DNA from: a virus
Taxonomy: Duplodnaviria > Caudoviricetes
Virus record (IMG/VR): IMGVR_UViG_3300033069_001774
Span: 1 to 64,000 of that record
Length of the DNA: 64,000 bases
Strand: one strand, 5' to 3'
Shown here: piece by piece, positions 47,928-58,256 of the stretch
Layout of the letters: every line of letters begins with the position of its first letter
How positions within the stretch are numbered: the stretch's first letter is position 1
Program-made: the position numbers and the translations under genes
Notes under the pieces: model-generated
The model's database searches: none
The model's input: the letters and a program-made list of their open reading frames with translations, nothing else
Told to the model about the DNA's origin: nothing

Positions 47928-50900
47928 ATGCCACAGCCCATCGATCGCTTCACCCGTCGCGCAGCTTCCTGTACTGTGGAGCTGGCGCGCGCGGTGTGGA
48001 TCACACCCATGCGCCCCGCAGAGGCCTGCGCCACACCGCCCGTCACGCCGCCCCTGCAGTACATCACACCGCATGCAGTGCCTGTCGAGGCGGAGGCGCT
48101 ACCGTTACCTGCAGCGCTGAGTCTGCAGAACTCCCGGTTCTCTCTCCAGTGCGCGGACTTGGACGGTGCTGGTCCGCATGGGGCCGAAGTCATCATCCCT
48201 GCTGCATCGGTAGGGCGTTCCTTCTTCTGGACTGACGTACCTGATATCAGCGTTACCCAGCTGGCGTTTGTTTCGCAGCTGCCGGAAACTGCACTGCAGG
48301 ACATCATCGGCGGCGCGAACGTCGGGACTATTGCGCGCCTCACTGATGTGCAGGCGGCTTTTGTGACGCAGAGTCTGGACACTCTGCGTGCTGCCATTGA
48401 CGCCGAAGTTTACGCATCGGCTGTGAGCACGATCCGCTGCGTATGGCAATCTGAGCAGCAAACTGAGAGCTGCTTGGGCGCTGGCTACATGCTGTCTACA
48501 CAGACAGCGGCGGGCGATTTGGCGGGCGTGCGTAACCCGATTGTGCTTGGGGCGGGCTTTGCTGAAAGCAGCACCAGCCAGAGCGAAGCCAACGCCATTG
48601 CTAAAGCAGAGGCCAGATCACGGCTGCGGTGCTTGTTCGGCAACACGGAACAAACAGTGAAGTGCGAGGATCTAGGTTACGCCGACCCTGTGCCGACGGA
48701 TGATCCAGACGCACCGCCAGTGTCTACGGATGGTAGATACCGCGTGGGTAGTGTGCACATCAGCGCCGGAGTTTATTTCTCCGCGGAATCCCAGAATGAT
48801 GCAGACGCAAGGGCGCGCGACGCCGGCGCTAGCTTGCTGTCGTGCTTTTACGTGAACGCGCCATTGGCGCTCAGCTGCAAAGACGCATACGGCATCGAGG
48901 GTGCATTCCAGCAACCAGTAGACTACAGCACCAAGTTGCGAGGCAACCCAGTGGCGGCTGGCGCAGGTAGTTTTGTGTTGGACGCGCCTGGCAGCTCGCA
49001 AGCAGCAGTGGACGCAGCGGCAGAGCTAGCACTGGAGAGCTTTCTGCTTTGCACTTTCAAAAATGTGGCCATGGAGGTGACGTGCCCAAGCCTCATTGTA
49101 GGTGGCGTAACCTACATCGCGGCCGGCACAGAATCCATCAGCGTGCCTGCCGGGGAGTATGAGGGTAACACGCAGGCGGAGGCTGATGCATTGGCCCGCG
49201 CTTCAGCGTTGTTGCAGCTGGGTTGTCAGTACTGCAACGCGTTCATCCCACCTGCGTGTTACCCGCCGTCCTATACGCCTAAACCAGGGCAGGCAATTCC
49301 GCTGGCTGACGTGGGTCCCGACTGGAGCCCTGACGTCATTCTTGGCATGGCTGCAGGTACTATCTGTCAGCCCGACCCCGAAGACGCGCAGTTGCTAGCC
49401 AGCACGGTGGCGCTACAGCCTGTGCCGGTGACACAGCTCGCGACGGGCTGTACATACACGAATGATGAAATGTGGTTCGGGTGCCTGTCGCAACTCCCAG
49501 GCTCCCCGACGCTTCCCCGCGGTGGTTACTTTTCCCCAGCCTACGCCGCTGCAGCATTGCCGGTGCAGTTCGCGAGCTTGGCGCAGTCCGCGCAGCTGTC
49601 CCCTTTCTGCACTCCTTCTCCGATATCCGCGACGCCCTACATCGTGCTCCCTGCCGGGGCGCAAGCCGTGAACTCTCGCGACGTGCCTGCGGGTGTGGAT
49701 CCGAAAGTTCATGCCAACTACACCGCGAAGCTTTACGGACTGGCGCTGCTGGATTGCTTCTTCGCGACGCCAGAAATGCCTCTCGACTGCGCCAGCGCTT
49801 TTGAACCACAGCCGTTCATCCAAGAGGATGTAGCCAAGGCGGACGGGCAGCGTGTACGCTTGGTGTTACCCGCCGGGGCAGGTACTTCTTATGCTTCCTT
49901 TTTGGCTGCTTACGAAGAAGCCAAGCTGACCGCGCAAGGTGTGCTGAACTGCTACTACGAGAGCCCCACGCTGCAGGTGAGGTGCTGGAGTCAACAAACC
50001 ACGACTCCCGGCAGCCTGCCTGATGTTGTGAGTTCGGAAAACGACGTGTGGGTTTATGGCGATGGCACTGTGCGCTTAACCACGAGCACTGACGGTGATG
50101 TTACGTACTCGGACATCACGCTTCTGCCTGCACAGCTGGGGTCAGTGGGAATGCCGCTGGTGCTGGTGCGCGGTAGCGAACGCTCTACCATTTCCAAAGA
50201 GGATGCGCGACTGCGCGCATTGCGCAACGCGGTCAGCCTTCTGGATTGTACGTCGCAAGCTTTGGTGGCATTACTGCCTGTGTGCAGCGACAGGATGCGC
50301 GTCAAATGTGGTGCCACAGTGGAAGTCAATCCAGCAGCACCGTACACAGCAGGCACTGGCGACAAAACGCCCGCAGGGTGGCGCTATCGCGACGGCGAGC
50401 TGCATGTGGGGGACGGGCACAACTATGTCATGAGCCGCGGCGGTGTGTCCACCAACCCCTGGACGCGCCTAGACTTGGGCTGCTCTGACGATCCAGTGGG
50501 TGGTTGCGCCGGCTTGGGGTTGGAGTTGCCAGTGTGCTTTGAGCAAGGTCGCGATAAAGAGGAGGCCAACCGGCGCGCACACACGGCGGGCCGCGCAATG
50601 CTGACGTGCACAGGCTCCCCGACGAATCTTCCTGACATCCCAGGGGGTGGGGGCGGTGGCGGGGGCAACAATGGAGGGGCGCCCGAGGGGTGTCCGCTGT
50701 TCGTGTATCCTGTGCTTGACGAAAACGATCAACCGATCTCGGGTAAATTTGGCGTGACCGCCGGCTACATAAACGCGGAAGAGGTGCGTAAAAACACAGT
50801 GGATGGTGCGCCTATTCGCGATGACCCGCCATTCCGGCTCTCAATCAGCAACGGTTACATCTACTGCGGCATCAAGTACCAGCTCACGTTTATCGAGGGT

Positions 50901-51116
50901 TATTTGACTTACGCGTCGGGACCTACCGGTTTTGTGGCAGCCGCCAGCAGCCTGCCCGCAGAAGACACCCACGCCGGTAATTTTGTTGTACCGTTTGCGC
51001 GGATCATCGGTGGTGAGCTGGTGTCGAGTGTGAGCTGCGGAAATCTCTCCACAATTGTGCGTGATGCCAATCACCCCGACGGTGACAAAGCCGCCATCGG
51101 GGTTGCCAAATCTTAA
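47928..51116 (+). CDS. Large Cys-rich repeat protein (DUF5977-like repeats)
   Basis: About nine repeats of V.(P)AG...S..SQ..A...A......L.C.Y.N. Confidence 0.65.
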   Translation: MPQPIDRFTRRAASCTVELARAVWITPMRPAEACATPPVTPPLQYITPHAVPVEAEALPLPAALSLQNSRFSLQCADLDGAGPHGAEVIIPAASVGRSFFWTDVPDISVTQLAFVSQLPETALQDIIGGANVGTIARLTDVQAAFVTQSLDTLRAAIDAEVYASAVSTIRCVWQSEQQTESCLGAGYMLSTQTAAGDLAGVRNPIVLGAGFAESSTSQSEANAIAKAEARSRLRCLFGNTEQTVKCEDLGYADPVPTDDPDAPPVSTDGRYRVGSVHISAGVYFSAESQNDADARARDAGASLLSCFYVNAPLALSCKDAYGIEGAFQQPVDYSTKLRGNPVAAGAGSFVLDAPGSSQAAVDAAAELALESFLLCTFKNVAMEVTCPSLIVGGVTYIAAGTESISVPAGEYEGNTQAEADALARASALLQLGCQYCNAFIPPACYPPSYTPKPGQAIPLADVGPDWSPDVILGMAAGTICQPDPEDAQLLASTVALQPVPVTQLATGCTYTNDEMWFGCLSQLPGSPTLPRGGYFSPAYAAAALPVQFASLAQSAQLSPFCTPSPISATPYIVLPAGAQAVNSRDVPAGVDPKVHANYTAKLYGLALLDCFFATPEMPLDCASAFEPQPFIQEDVAKADGQRVRLVLPAGAGTSYASFLAAYEEAKLTAQGVLNCYYESPTLQVRCWSQQTTTPGSLPDVVSSENDVWVYGDGTVRLTTSTDGDVTYSDITLLPAQLGSVGMPLVLVRGSERSTISKEDARLRALRNAVSLLDCTSQALVALLPVCSDRMRVKCGATVEVNPAAPYTAGTGDKTPAGWRYRDGELHVGDGHNYVMSRGGVSTNPWTRLDLGCSDDPVGGCAGLGLELPVCFEQGRDKEEANRRAHTAGRAMLTCTGSPTNLPDIPGGGGGGGGNNGGAPEGCPLFVYPVLDENDQPISGKFGVTAGYINAEEVRKNTVDGAPIRDDPPFRLSISNGYIYCGIKYQLTFIEGYLTYASGPTGFVAAASSLPAEDTHAGNFVVPFARIIGGELVSSVSCGNLSTIVRDANHPDGDKAAIGVAKS

Positions 51117-51119
51117 ACT

Positions 51120-52061
51120 ATGGCACGCACAAGCATAGAAAATTTGAGCAGCGAGCAGCGCGCCATTCTGTCGTTCATCGGGACGATGCAGGACGGCTCA
51201 GCGTTTTCGGAGCTGGCATACCAAAGTGGGCGGACATTGCGAGATCCGAAACCGTTTGGCGAGCTGGCGCCCGACGTAGCGTATCTGATCGCGCGCACCA
51301 AATACTACGGAGCTACACGCGCGGTGTGCGGGGTGGCAGACGCTTTCGACCCCGACACACACGAGCCGCTATACCGCACATACCAGACGGAAACCGACAC
51401 TTATGTACGCAACTGGTTCAAGGTGATGCTGGCTTTCCCCTACACTGCCACACCGTACAGTTCAGTCACATGGACCAAGGTCATCCGCGCAGTCCCGGGC
51501 GGGATGTACACGCCCGGGGATGGAACGTCGTGCTCCGCCGAGCTCGACGAAGACGGGCGTGAGCCCCCCAACGGCTGGAATCGCGAGGATCTAGGGGACC
51601 CACCAGCTGGCTTCGAGTTCAGTTTTTCCGATGAAGCGGTAGACGTGGAGTTCTCAAATGATATCGCCCTGGCGTCACTGACCACGGCCGCCGAGGGTGC
51701 CGAGGAGCTGATCTACGCGCCACCAACCGGTCACGTTTACTGGGATCAAATCTGTGCCTTCAATTACCGGCAGGGTCTGGCCGATTTCTTGTTTTTAGGC
51801 GGCATTGACAGCATTGCGAGTCTAGGTGTTGCGCGGCGACATAAAACAGAGCTCAAAATAGTGGGCAGTCGCATACCGTGCACGTTGCACTGGGAGGACA
51901 CGACCACGTGCCTGTATCCTGCAGGTGTACCCAGCACCACCCGCGAGCGGCAAATCTCGTTCGGTCCGGGTAACTGGAGTACCACACTTGACGACGGTTA
52001 TCCTCCTGAGAGTTATCGTGTGGGTCGTGGGTTTGGTCGCATCATCCCTGCTGGCGGTTAA
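51120..52061 (+). CDS. Hypothetical protein
   Basis: 313-aa ORF in a co-oriented run. Confidence 0.65.
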   Translation: MARTSIENLSSEQRAILSFIGTMQDGSAFSELAYQSGRTLRDPKPFGELAPDVAYLIARTKYYGATRAVCGVADAFDPDTHEPLYRTYQTETDTYVRNWFKVMLAFPYTATPYSSVTWTKVIRAVPGGMYTPGDGTSCSAELDEDGREPPNGWNREDLGDPPAGFEFSFSDEAVDVEFSNDIALASLTTAAEGAEELIYAPPTGHVYWDQICAFNYRQGLADFLFLGGIDSIASLGVARRHKTELKIVGSRIPCTLHWEDTTTCLYPAGVPSTTRERQISFGPGNWSTTLDDGYPPESYRVGRGFGRIIPAGG

Positions 52062-52103
52062 ATTTTCAGGTTGCGGGCGCTGCGGGTGTGGCCAGAATGC
52101 TGC

Positions 52104-52514
52104 ATGCAATTTTTATCTGTGTTACTCGCGGTATGGGTATGCGGTCTGCTCGTTGTGTGCAGTATCCTCCAGTGCTGGTTTTCCTCCTCGCTGCCTAGCG
52201 AACTGCTCCTCCTGGCGCGACAACTAGGCTGGCACAAACACGACGCCGATTTCTGGCCAGATCATCCTGAAGACGCGGGACGGGATCAGTGGATAGTCTG
52301 GGCAAACATGCAGGTGAGTCTGGGGGTGTTTCCGCGTCGCTTGGTTGTGCTGCTCACGTGTCCTACTTGCTTCGCCGTGCACGCTGCAGCGTACACGGCG
52401 CTGGGCACTGTGCTTATCTGGCGGCCTGCCGAGCTTAATGCTTTTGTGCTGTGGTTGGGTGCTGTCGGTTCGTGGGTATTTCCAGCGGTGCGTCTCACAC
52501 AACCAAAATCATGA
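52104..52514 (+). CDS. DUF1360-like membrane protein with CxxC
   Basis: Several transmembrane segments and LLTCPTCFAVH. Confidence 0.6.
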   Translation: MQFLSVLLAVWVCGLLVVCSILQCWFSSSLPSELLLLARQLGWHKHDADFWPDHPEDAGRDQWIVWANMQVSLGVFPRRLVVLLTCPTCFAVHAAAYTALGTVLIWRPAELNAFVLWLGAVGSWVFPAVRLTQPKS

Positions 52515-52972
52515 AAGGCAGCATAACCAGCACAGGCAACATTCAGTGGCGCCTTTTTCGCAGAGACGCCACGGGCAATCTGCGAGCTTGCGTCATGGTG
52601 ATCGAGAAAGACACCAGCATCGTGCTGACAGAGAAATGCGAGGAGGATACGCCCGCACCTCCAGAGGTCGCACAAACCGACTCATCGGGACCTCTAGCAC
52701 ACCTGACTAAGTTCGGCATCCCGCACAAGATCAAGGCCGGTGCCGATGGGCATGCGGTCATTGAAGTCTACCCCCACAAGGCACCGGTGCGCACAAAACG
52801 CATCATGCGTTTCTTCGATTTGACGACCCCTTGCGATTTCCCACAGTGTGAGGAGCTTCGCCGGAGGTGGCTGGAAGAGAAAGAAGCACTGGGTGAAAAT
52901 TGCACGGACTGCGCTGCCAGCGCGCTGCAGCGCAGGTACATGCATCAGTTGGGTGATATTCTCCCCCCGTGA
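52511..52972 (+). CDS. Cys-motif protein
   Basis: PCDFPQCEELR..W..E....NCTDC..SAL.RRY. Confidence 0.65.
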   Translation: MKGSITSTGNIQWRLFRRDATGNLRACVMVIEKDTSIVLTEKCEEDTPAPPEVAQTDSSGPLAHLTKFGIPHKIKAGADGHAVIEVYPHKAPVRTKRIMRFFDLTTPCDFPQCEELRRRWLEEKEALGENCTDCAASALQRRYMHQLGDILPP

Positions 52973-53145
52973 AGCAGCCCGCTACCATCCCTGGAATCCA
53001 CAAGTTCCATGATTTACACCAAGCGTATTTGCGCGAATGGCGCATCGAGGCCGCACGGTGCGGGGGCGGCTGCTTCACTTCCGCCCTAGTGCAACGCTAT
53101 GCGCGCCTGCTACAGCAACGCCAAGCCCTGGAAGCGAGACCTTGA
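52969..53145 (+). CDS. 58-aa CxxxC protein, similar to the C-terminus of the upstream gene (absent from the ORF track)
   Basis: GTGA overlap; (M)KQPATIPGIHKFHDLHQAYLREWRIEAARCGGGCFTSALVQRYARLLQQRQALEARP. Confidence 0.55.
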   Translation: MKQPATIPGIHKFHDLHQAYLREWRIEAARCGGGCFTSALVQRYARLLQQRQALEARP

Positions 53146-53175
53146 GCCCGGCGCATGTTGCGCCTAGAATGGGGC

Positions 53176-53889
53176 ATGGCACAAGAATGGGAACCCGCTT
53201 ACACACAGTGGCAGCAGACACAGACTGCTGACGATCTGCATTCCACTGTCCATGCGCTGTCGCCGGTGATCCATCGTGCAGTCACAGCCATTGGCGCTGC
53301 CGACGACCCCGCCGTGGTGTCCAAAGCGCGCCTGCTCGCGGCCGGTGCTGTGCGGTCCTACAGTCCAGAGCACGGGGCAGCCTTACCCACGTGGGTTGCG
53401 CACGCCCTGACACCATTGCGCCGCTACAAGCGGCTCAGCGGGCAGACATTACAAGTGCCTGAGCGTATTCAGCTGGATGCCTTTCACTTGGACAACGTGC
53501 GCAAGCAATTCGTCGATGCCCACGACCGGGAGCCCGACCAGGTCGAGCTGGGAGACGCGGCACGCATGGCACCACGGCGCCTGAGGGAGGTGCAGCGTGC
53601 GCAGTTCAGCATGCCCGGAGAGAATGCGATGGAAGGCGGCACGTCACAACTGCTGCAGAGTCGCCCGGAGTTTTCGGATGAGGCGATGGATTACGTTTAC
53701 CGTGACGCAGACTATGTGGATCGCGCGATCATGGAGGGGCGCATGGGCTACAACGGGGTGCCTGTGCTAGATACGCCAAAGCTGCTGCAGCGCACCAAAC
53801 TGTCCCCGTTTCAACTCAGCCGGCGCGCTGCAAGCCTGGCTATGCGCATCCAAAAAACCTTGGGACACCTGGAGGGTACCGCGTCATGA
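53176..53889 (+). CDS. Sigma70-family-like phage sigma factor
   Basis: AVRSYSPEHGAALPTWV (region 2-like), LQVPER and DREPDQVELGD (region 3-like). Confidence 0.7.
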   Translation: MAQEWEPAYTQWQQTQTADDLHSTVHALSPVIHRAVTAIGAADDPAVVSKARLLAAGAVRSYSPEHGAALPTWVAHALTPLRRYKRLSGQTLQVPERIQLDAFHLDNVRKQFVDAHDREPDQVELGDAARMAPRRLREVQRAQFSMPGENAMEGGTSQLLQSRPEFSDEAMDYVYRDADYVDRAIMEGRMGYNGVPVLDTPKLLQRTKLSPFQLSRRAASLAMRIQKTLGHLEGTAS

Positions 53890-54230
53890 TTCAACCCGCG
53901 ACCACGTCACAGGAGGCCTACAAGGAAATCGCTGAGATTGAGCGGATGCTGCGGGGTGCGGCATCCGAGCGCAAGCTGTTCGCCGAGCGACACGGTGGGG
54001 AGGATATGACGTTTTCCGCCATTGTTATCCCTGCCGCCGCCGAGTTGACGCAAACTGACAAACCCGCAGCTACTTCTGCGAACGCCCGCATGCGTGCCAC
54101 ATTTTTAGCGGCACTTAAACGGGATGCGCTGCATCGCTACGCTACGCGCGGCGACTTGATGCGGCAGGCTACACAGCGGGAAATCCTCACAGCCTACGAG
54201 CTCGGGCGTGCACTGGAGCTAACAGCATAA
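53886..54230 (+). CDS. Hypothetical protein
   Basis: Coupled ORF. Confidence 0.55.
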   Translation: MIQPATTSQEAYKEIAEIERMLRGAASERKLFAERHGGEDMTFSAIVIPAAAELTQTDKPAATSANARMRATFLAALKRDALHRYATRGDLMRQATQREILTAYELGRALELTA

Positions 54231-54619
54231 TGCAAAGCTTGCGCATAACTTTTGACAAACTGAATGGCTGGACGCTGCATCCGGATGAAGTCGTAGATGG
54301 CTTCGCGGACACCGTGCAGTGCGCGCTGGTCAACGCCACTACGCAACGCGGTACTGTGGAGGCTTTTCCTGCGGCAGGAACCGATTTGCTGCGACAAGGC
54401 GCGCTGGGGCTGCTGCTGGATTTGCCGATGGCGCGACATGCGTGTAATTTTGCCGCGGCAGAAACTGCAGAATTTGTGAACAGCCATATAGACGACCCCA
54501 CTGTTAGCATCGATCAATTTAACATGCAGCCTGTCGTGCTGGCAGACGGAGCCCTGCAGCTTGAGCTGCGTCTTGTATCCCCCGCCGGTGTCACATACGG
54601 CTCACTTTTGACCAACTGA
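54230..54619 (+). CDS. Baseplate wedge protein (gp25-like)
   Basis: T.RGT...FP..GTDL pattern; directly before the J-like gene. Confidence 0.55.
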   Translation: MQSLRITFDKLNGWTLHPDEVVDGFADTVQCALVNATTQRGTVEAFPAAGTDLLRQGALGLLLDLPMARHACNFAAAETAEFVNSHIDDPTVSIDQFNMQPVVLADGALQLELRLVSPAGVTYGSLLTN

Positions 54620-54620
54620 C

Positions 54621-56363
54621 ATGTTCGACATCTTCGCCCACTACTTCCCCACCGCCGACGAACTCAGCCCCGCCGAGCTGCAGGATGCCCACGCGCGGTG
54701 CGTCGCTTGGCTGCGCCCTGCGGCACCCACCTTGAACATGAGCCCAGGTTCACCTTTTGGCGCCGCTGCGCTTCTGCCCCTGGTGCGTGTTATCGCAGGT
54801 CTTGAAATCGCCATGGATCGCATACGCAATGACCTGACCACAGCCAACGTGGCGGCAGGTACTGTATACGACTGCGCTTTCGTCGAAAGCTATTTGCGAG
54901 CTTTGGGTGGGCGCAGGCAAGAGAGCGTGGAGTACAGCGGACACGTCATTCTGGAATTCGCCAATGACGCAGACATCAACATCCCCGCAGGTGTGCAGTT
55001 TTTGTTCAACAGCGCCGATGTACTGCTGCCTCGCGTAGAGCAGCAGCAGTCAATTCACATCTTGCGCTCCGGCTCAGTGCGGCGCGCCCCCAATGACTTC
55101 GTGCTGACGCCTTTCACCTCCAGCACATTCGCTGTGCTGGTCCCCGTGCGTGGAACGCCACAGACAGATATCACCGCAGGCACCACGGCTGTGATCAGTC
55201 AGGAAGTCTCCGGGCTTGTTGCAATTACCGCTGCCTACCTGTTCATCGCTGGGCGCAGTAACAATTCTGTGCAAGCTATAGCCCGGCGCGCCACGCAGTC
55301 GTTTGCAGCATCCGGTTTCATTACGCGCGATGGTATTCGCGAGCAACTACTGCAGGTTTGGCCTGACCTGCTCAGCGTCTCCTCGGCGTTGTCGGGAGAC
55401 GCTGAGCAGCTGCGCGGCGCCACGAATGCTTTGGGCATCGCCGCAGGCGCTGCTGATATCGTAGTGCGCTCGGCAGCTAAGACAGAGTTCACGCAGACTG
55501 TGCGCCTGGATTACTTCGCCGAACAAGACGGCGTTGCTGTGGATAAGTTCATCGGTGTATGGCGTCCGGTGGCTACGCCTATCCGACTGGCCGATATCCG
55601 TTGGACAGGCAACAGCGGCATTGATCTTCGGCCGACTGAGGACAGCGCGTATCTGCTTTCCCGCTCCACTAATCCTGCTAAAGCTCCGCTTTTAACCAGC
55701 GCGTTCTCCGAGCTGGAGGAGCTGACTTTTGTGGTGTCCATGCCGCGCTCTGTTGCCAATGTGCCGCTGCTCACAACCGAGGTTGATGCTGCTGGGCAAG
55801 CCTATGCGCTGTTTGATGTAACGTTTGTGGGAGATCCCGCCGTTGCGGATGTGCAGCGCTATGTGGACGCGGAAACACCTGCTGGTGTAGACGTTCTGGT
55901 CCGTGCGCCTTGCCCGATTGTGTTCTCGCACTTGGAGCTGGGATACACCAAGGTTCCCGGGCAGCTGTTCAATTTGGCGCAAGCTATTGATGAGACCCAG
56001 AACTATCTGCGTGCGCTTTCTGCGCCTGCGCGTTTTAGCGCGTCACGCTTGCACGACATTGCATACTACGCCGGCGCGGAGGACGTCAATTACACCAGCG
56101 TCACAGCACGCCTGCTGCTGACATTGGCGCGCTACGTTTTACCCGCCGACGCCGCAGATCCCACAACAAGCCTGACGGATTGCCTGGCGGATGCCTTGCT
56201 TGTGGACAGCATTGTGCTGAGCGATGTCTTAGCGCTGGTGCCCTCTTACCGCGACCCGCGCATGGGCACAGCCGACACCCGCATGGGCGTAGCGTCTTAT
56301 CGCAATGTTTCTTATGAGCTGCCGTCCAACGTCGTGAGCTTCCAACCACACCTCACTGTATGA
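54621..56363 (+). CDS. Baseplate J-like wedge protein
   Basis: L.M.PGS.F..., G.V...F.....IPAG..F and G..DI.V patterns. Confidence 0.65.
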   Translation: MFDIFAHYFPTADELSPAELQDAHARCVAWLRPAAPTLNMSPGSPFGAAALLPLVRVIAGLEIAMDRIRNDLTTANVAAGTVYDCAFVESYLRALGGRRQESVEYSGHVILEFANDADINIPAGVQFLFNSADVLLPRVEQQQSIHILRSGSVRRAPNDFVLTPFTSSTFAVLVPVRGTPQTDITAGTTAVISQEVSGLVAITAAYLFIAGRSNNSVQAIARRATQSFAASGFITRDGIREQLLQVWPDLLSVSSALSGDAEQLRGATNALGIAAGAADIVVRSAAKTEFTQTVRLDYFAEQDGVAVDKFIGVWRPVATPIRLADIRWTGNSGIDLRPTEDSAYLLSRSTNPAKAPLLTSAFSELEELTFVVSMPRSVANVPLLTTEVDAAGQAYALFDVTFVGDPAVADVQRYVDAETPAGVDVLVRAPCPIVFSHLELGYTKVPGQLFNLAQAIDETQNYLRALSAPARFSASRLHDIAYYAGAEDVNYTSVTARLLLTLARYVLPADAADPTTSLTDCLADALLVDSIVLSDVLALVPSYRDPRMGTADTRMGVASYRNVSYELPSNVVSFQPHLTV

Positions 56364-57685
56364 TATCTTTGGATGCACTACCGGTCAGTCCAGGCATGCG
56401 CTTCAGCGGTGACGGATGGGACAATCTGACGGCCCCGTCCGCTGAGCTGGTGGGGCGACTGGCGCATGCAAGCATGGAGACGTCCACGCTCTGGCACCGC
56501 ATCACGCAGCTCCCCGACGCTGACGGTAGCTCGATGCGCGCTGTAACCTTCCACCCTTCTGAAATTGGCGTGGAAGGACTTGTACCTGCGCGCCTTGTCA
56601 CGCGTGCAGCTGATGGCTTGAGCTCCTTCTCGTCGTCTACCGATCTACAAGCACACTCTCTGGATAACACCGCACCTTGGGTGACACAAGAAGGGGACAT
56701 CGTGACAGCTCTAGGCGCATGGCTAATGCTCCCAGTACCTGGCGCGATGGTGTCCGAACGCACACGCACCACGACACAAACATGGTACACACTTCCCTTG
56801 AAAGTGTCCGGGGAAGTGGCGAGCATACGCACACAAGCTGGGGAGCTGTTGTTGGCGGGTGTCGACTTTGTGCACGCTTTTGATTTGTTGTTCTTCCAAG
56901 AGCACCCCAGTTCCATGTTTCCCGGTGGTGCGTTCTGGTGCGTACTATTTGTGGCTGATGTGTCTCCCACGGCATCGGTCAATGGTGTAGACGCGCCAGC
57001 TGCTGCGGGCGGTGCTTTGGCTGTGCTGCTGCGGGAGGTACCCACAACGGAGCGCATAGAGCACGCCGTAAACGCCGCGCTAGGCGTTGTAGCGCTGCCT
57101 CGCGCAGGTGTACTGCACGAGGTGACGGCACTGCCTGAGGGCTTCCGTTACGGTTTCGACTGGGGTGATGTGCTGTGCGCTTACGAGCACACAGCTCTGG
57201 ACGCTGGGCGTTACTACGCAGCCGGCACCCAAGTTGGCGCGCCAGTGCGTCTGTACACGCGCGGAAGTCAAAGCGCGGACTGGTGGCGCGCGCTTGACTG
57301 GACCTGGCCGGTGTCCCTGCAATGGCTTTGCCCTGCGACCAAAAACTTGGCAGTGTCCAACCGCACAGTGCGCGCGGAAGGCTACGCTGTGGCGGGGGAT
57401 ACCTGCGTGAAACTCTATATCGACGGCGCGCCTGAAGACTTGCAGAAATACTGGGGTTGGTGCGCACAGGCTGAAAAGACCGCAGGGCGCCAGAGACTGG
57501 CGACTCGCTTGAGCCTAGGTGTGGGCGACTCGACAGAGATTGATATGCTGGCCCTGTTGTTCGAGCTCGCCGGGTCTCGGGCCGTGGTAGTGGACATCAC
57601 CACCAATGCCGCAGAATACACCTGGGATGTCCTACGTCGTTATGCCCCCTCGACGGCTGTGTTTCTTCCGCGCTTCTTGCATTGA
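56360..57685 (+). CDS. Putative baseplate wedge protein
   Basis: Follows the J-like gene; PT...I..A.NA.LG. Confidence 0.55.
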   Translation: MISLDALPVSPGMRFSGDGWDNLTAPSAELVGRLAHASMETSTLWHRITQLPDADGSSMRAVTFHPSEIGVEGLVPARLVTRAADGLSSFSSSTDLQAHSLDNTAPWVTQEGDIVTALGAWLMLPVPGAMVSERTRTTTQTWYTLPLKVSGEVASIRTQAGELLLAGVDFVHAFDLLFFQEHPSSMFPGGAFWCVLFVADVSPTASVNGVDAPAAAGGALAVLLREVPTTERIEHAVNAALGVVALPRAGVLHEVTALPEGFRYGFDWGDVLCAYEHTALDAGRYYAAGTQVGAPVRLYTRGSQSADWWRALDWTWPVSLQWLCPATKNLAVSNRTVRAEGYAVAGDTCVKLYIDGAPEDLQKYWGWCAQAEKTAGRQRLATRLSLGVGDSTEIDMLALLFELAGSRAVVVDITTNAAEYTWDVLRRYAPSTAVFLPRFLH

Positions 57686-57710
57686 GCTGGTGTGCATGTA
57701 ATTTAACCGC

Positions 57711-58256
57711 ATGACAGTTACCCTGCAGCGTTCTCAAAGCACACGCGCCATCTCGGCGGGTGTGCTCCCGCTATGGCCTGTATTGTTGCAGGCTGTGGTT
57801 ACAGGTGGTGACATGCCGGCCGCCATATTCGTGTACGAGGCTAAAACTCGGGACGGACAACCAGCTGACAGATTTCGCGCTGTGGCTTCCGTGCAACAGA
57901 TGCTCGAGCTACCCGCTTCCCGAGAGCAACGCGGTAGCAGTTCTTACTACAGGAGCGCGTATGCTTATTTTGCAATGCGCAATCCGCACGACGTCACAGA
58001 TACAATATCCGCTATCCAATCTGACGTGGTGCAGCTTTTGAAAGGCTGGCTAGCCAAGGAGGCGCTCAACACAAGTGACACAATTGAGATAACCGTGACA
58101 TCGCCTGCGGACGTAGCATCCAGCACGATTGTTGCGTTGAATGCGGCTGTGCGCGAGGAACTAAGCCCCGATGGTCAATCTTTGAATCTCTACAACGCTT
58201 CTGGTGTCTACCTGGGCACAATACCCGTTATGAACTATGGCCTACCTAATAAATAG
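57711..58256 (+). CDS. Hypothetical structural protein
   Basis: ORF before the fibre genes. Confidence 0.6.
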   Translation: MTVTLQRSQSTRAISAGVLPLWPVLLQAVVTGGDMPAAIFVYEAKTRDGQPADRFRAVASVQQMLELPASREQRGSSSYYRSAYAYFAMRNPHDVTDTISAIQSDVVQLLKGWLAKEALNTSDTIEITVTSPADVASSTIVALNAAVREELSPDGQSLNLYNASGVYLGTIPVMNYGLPNK

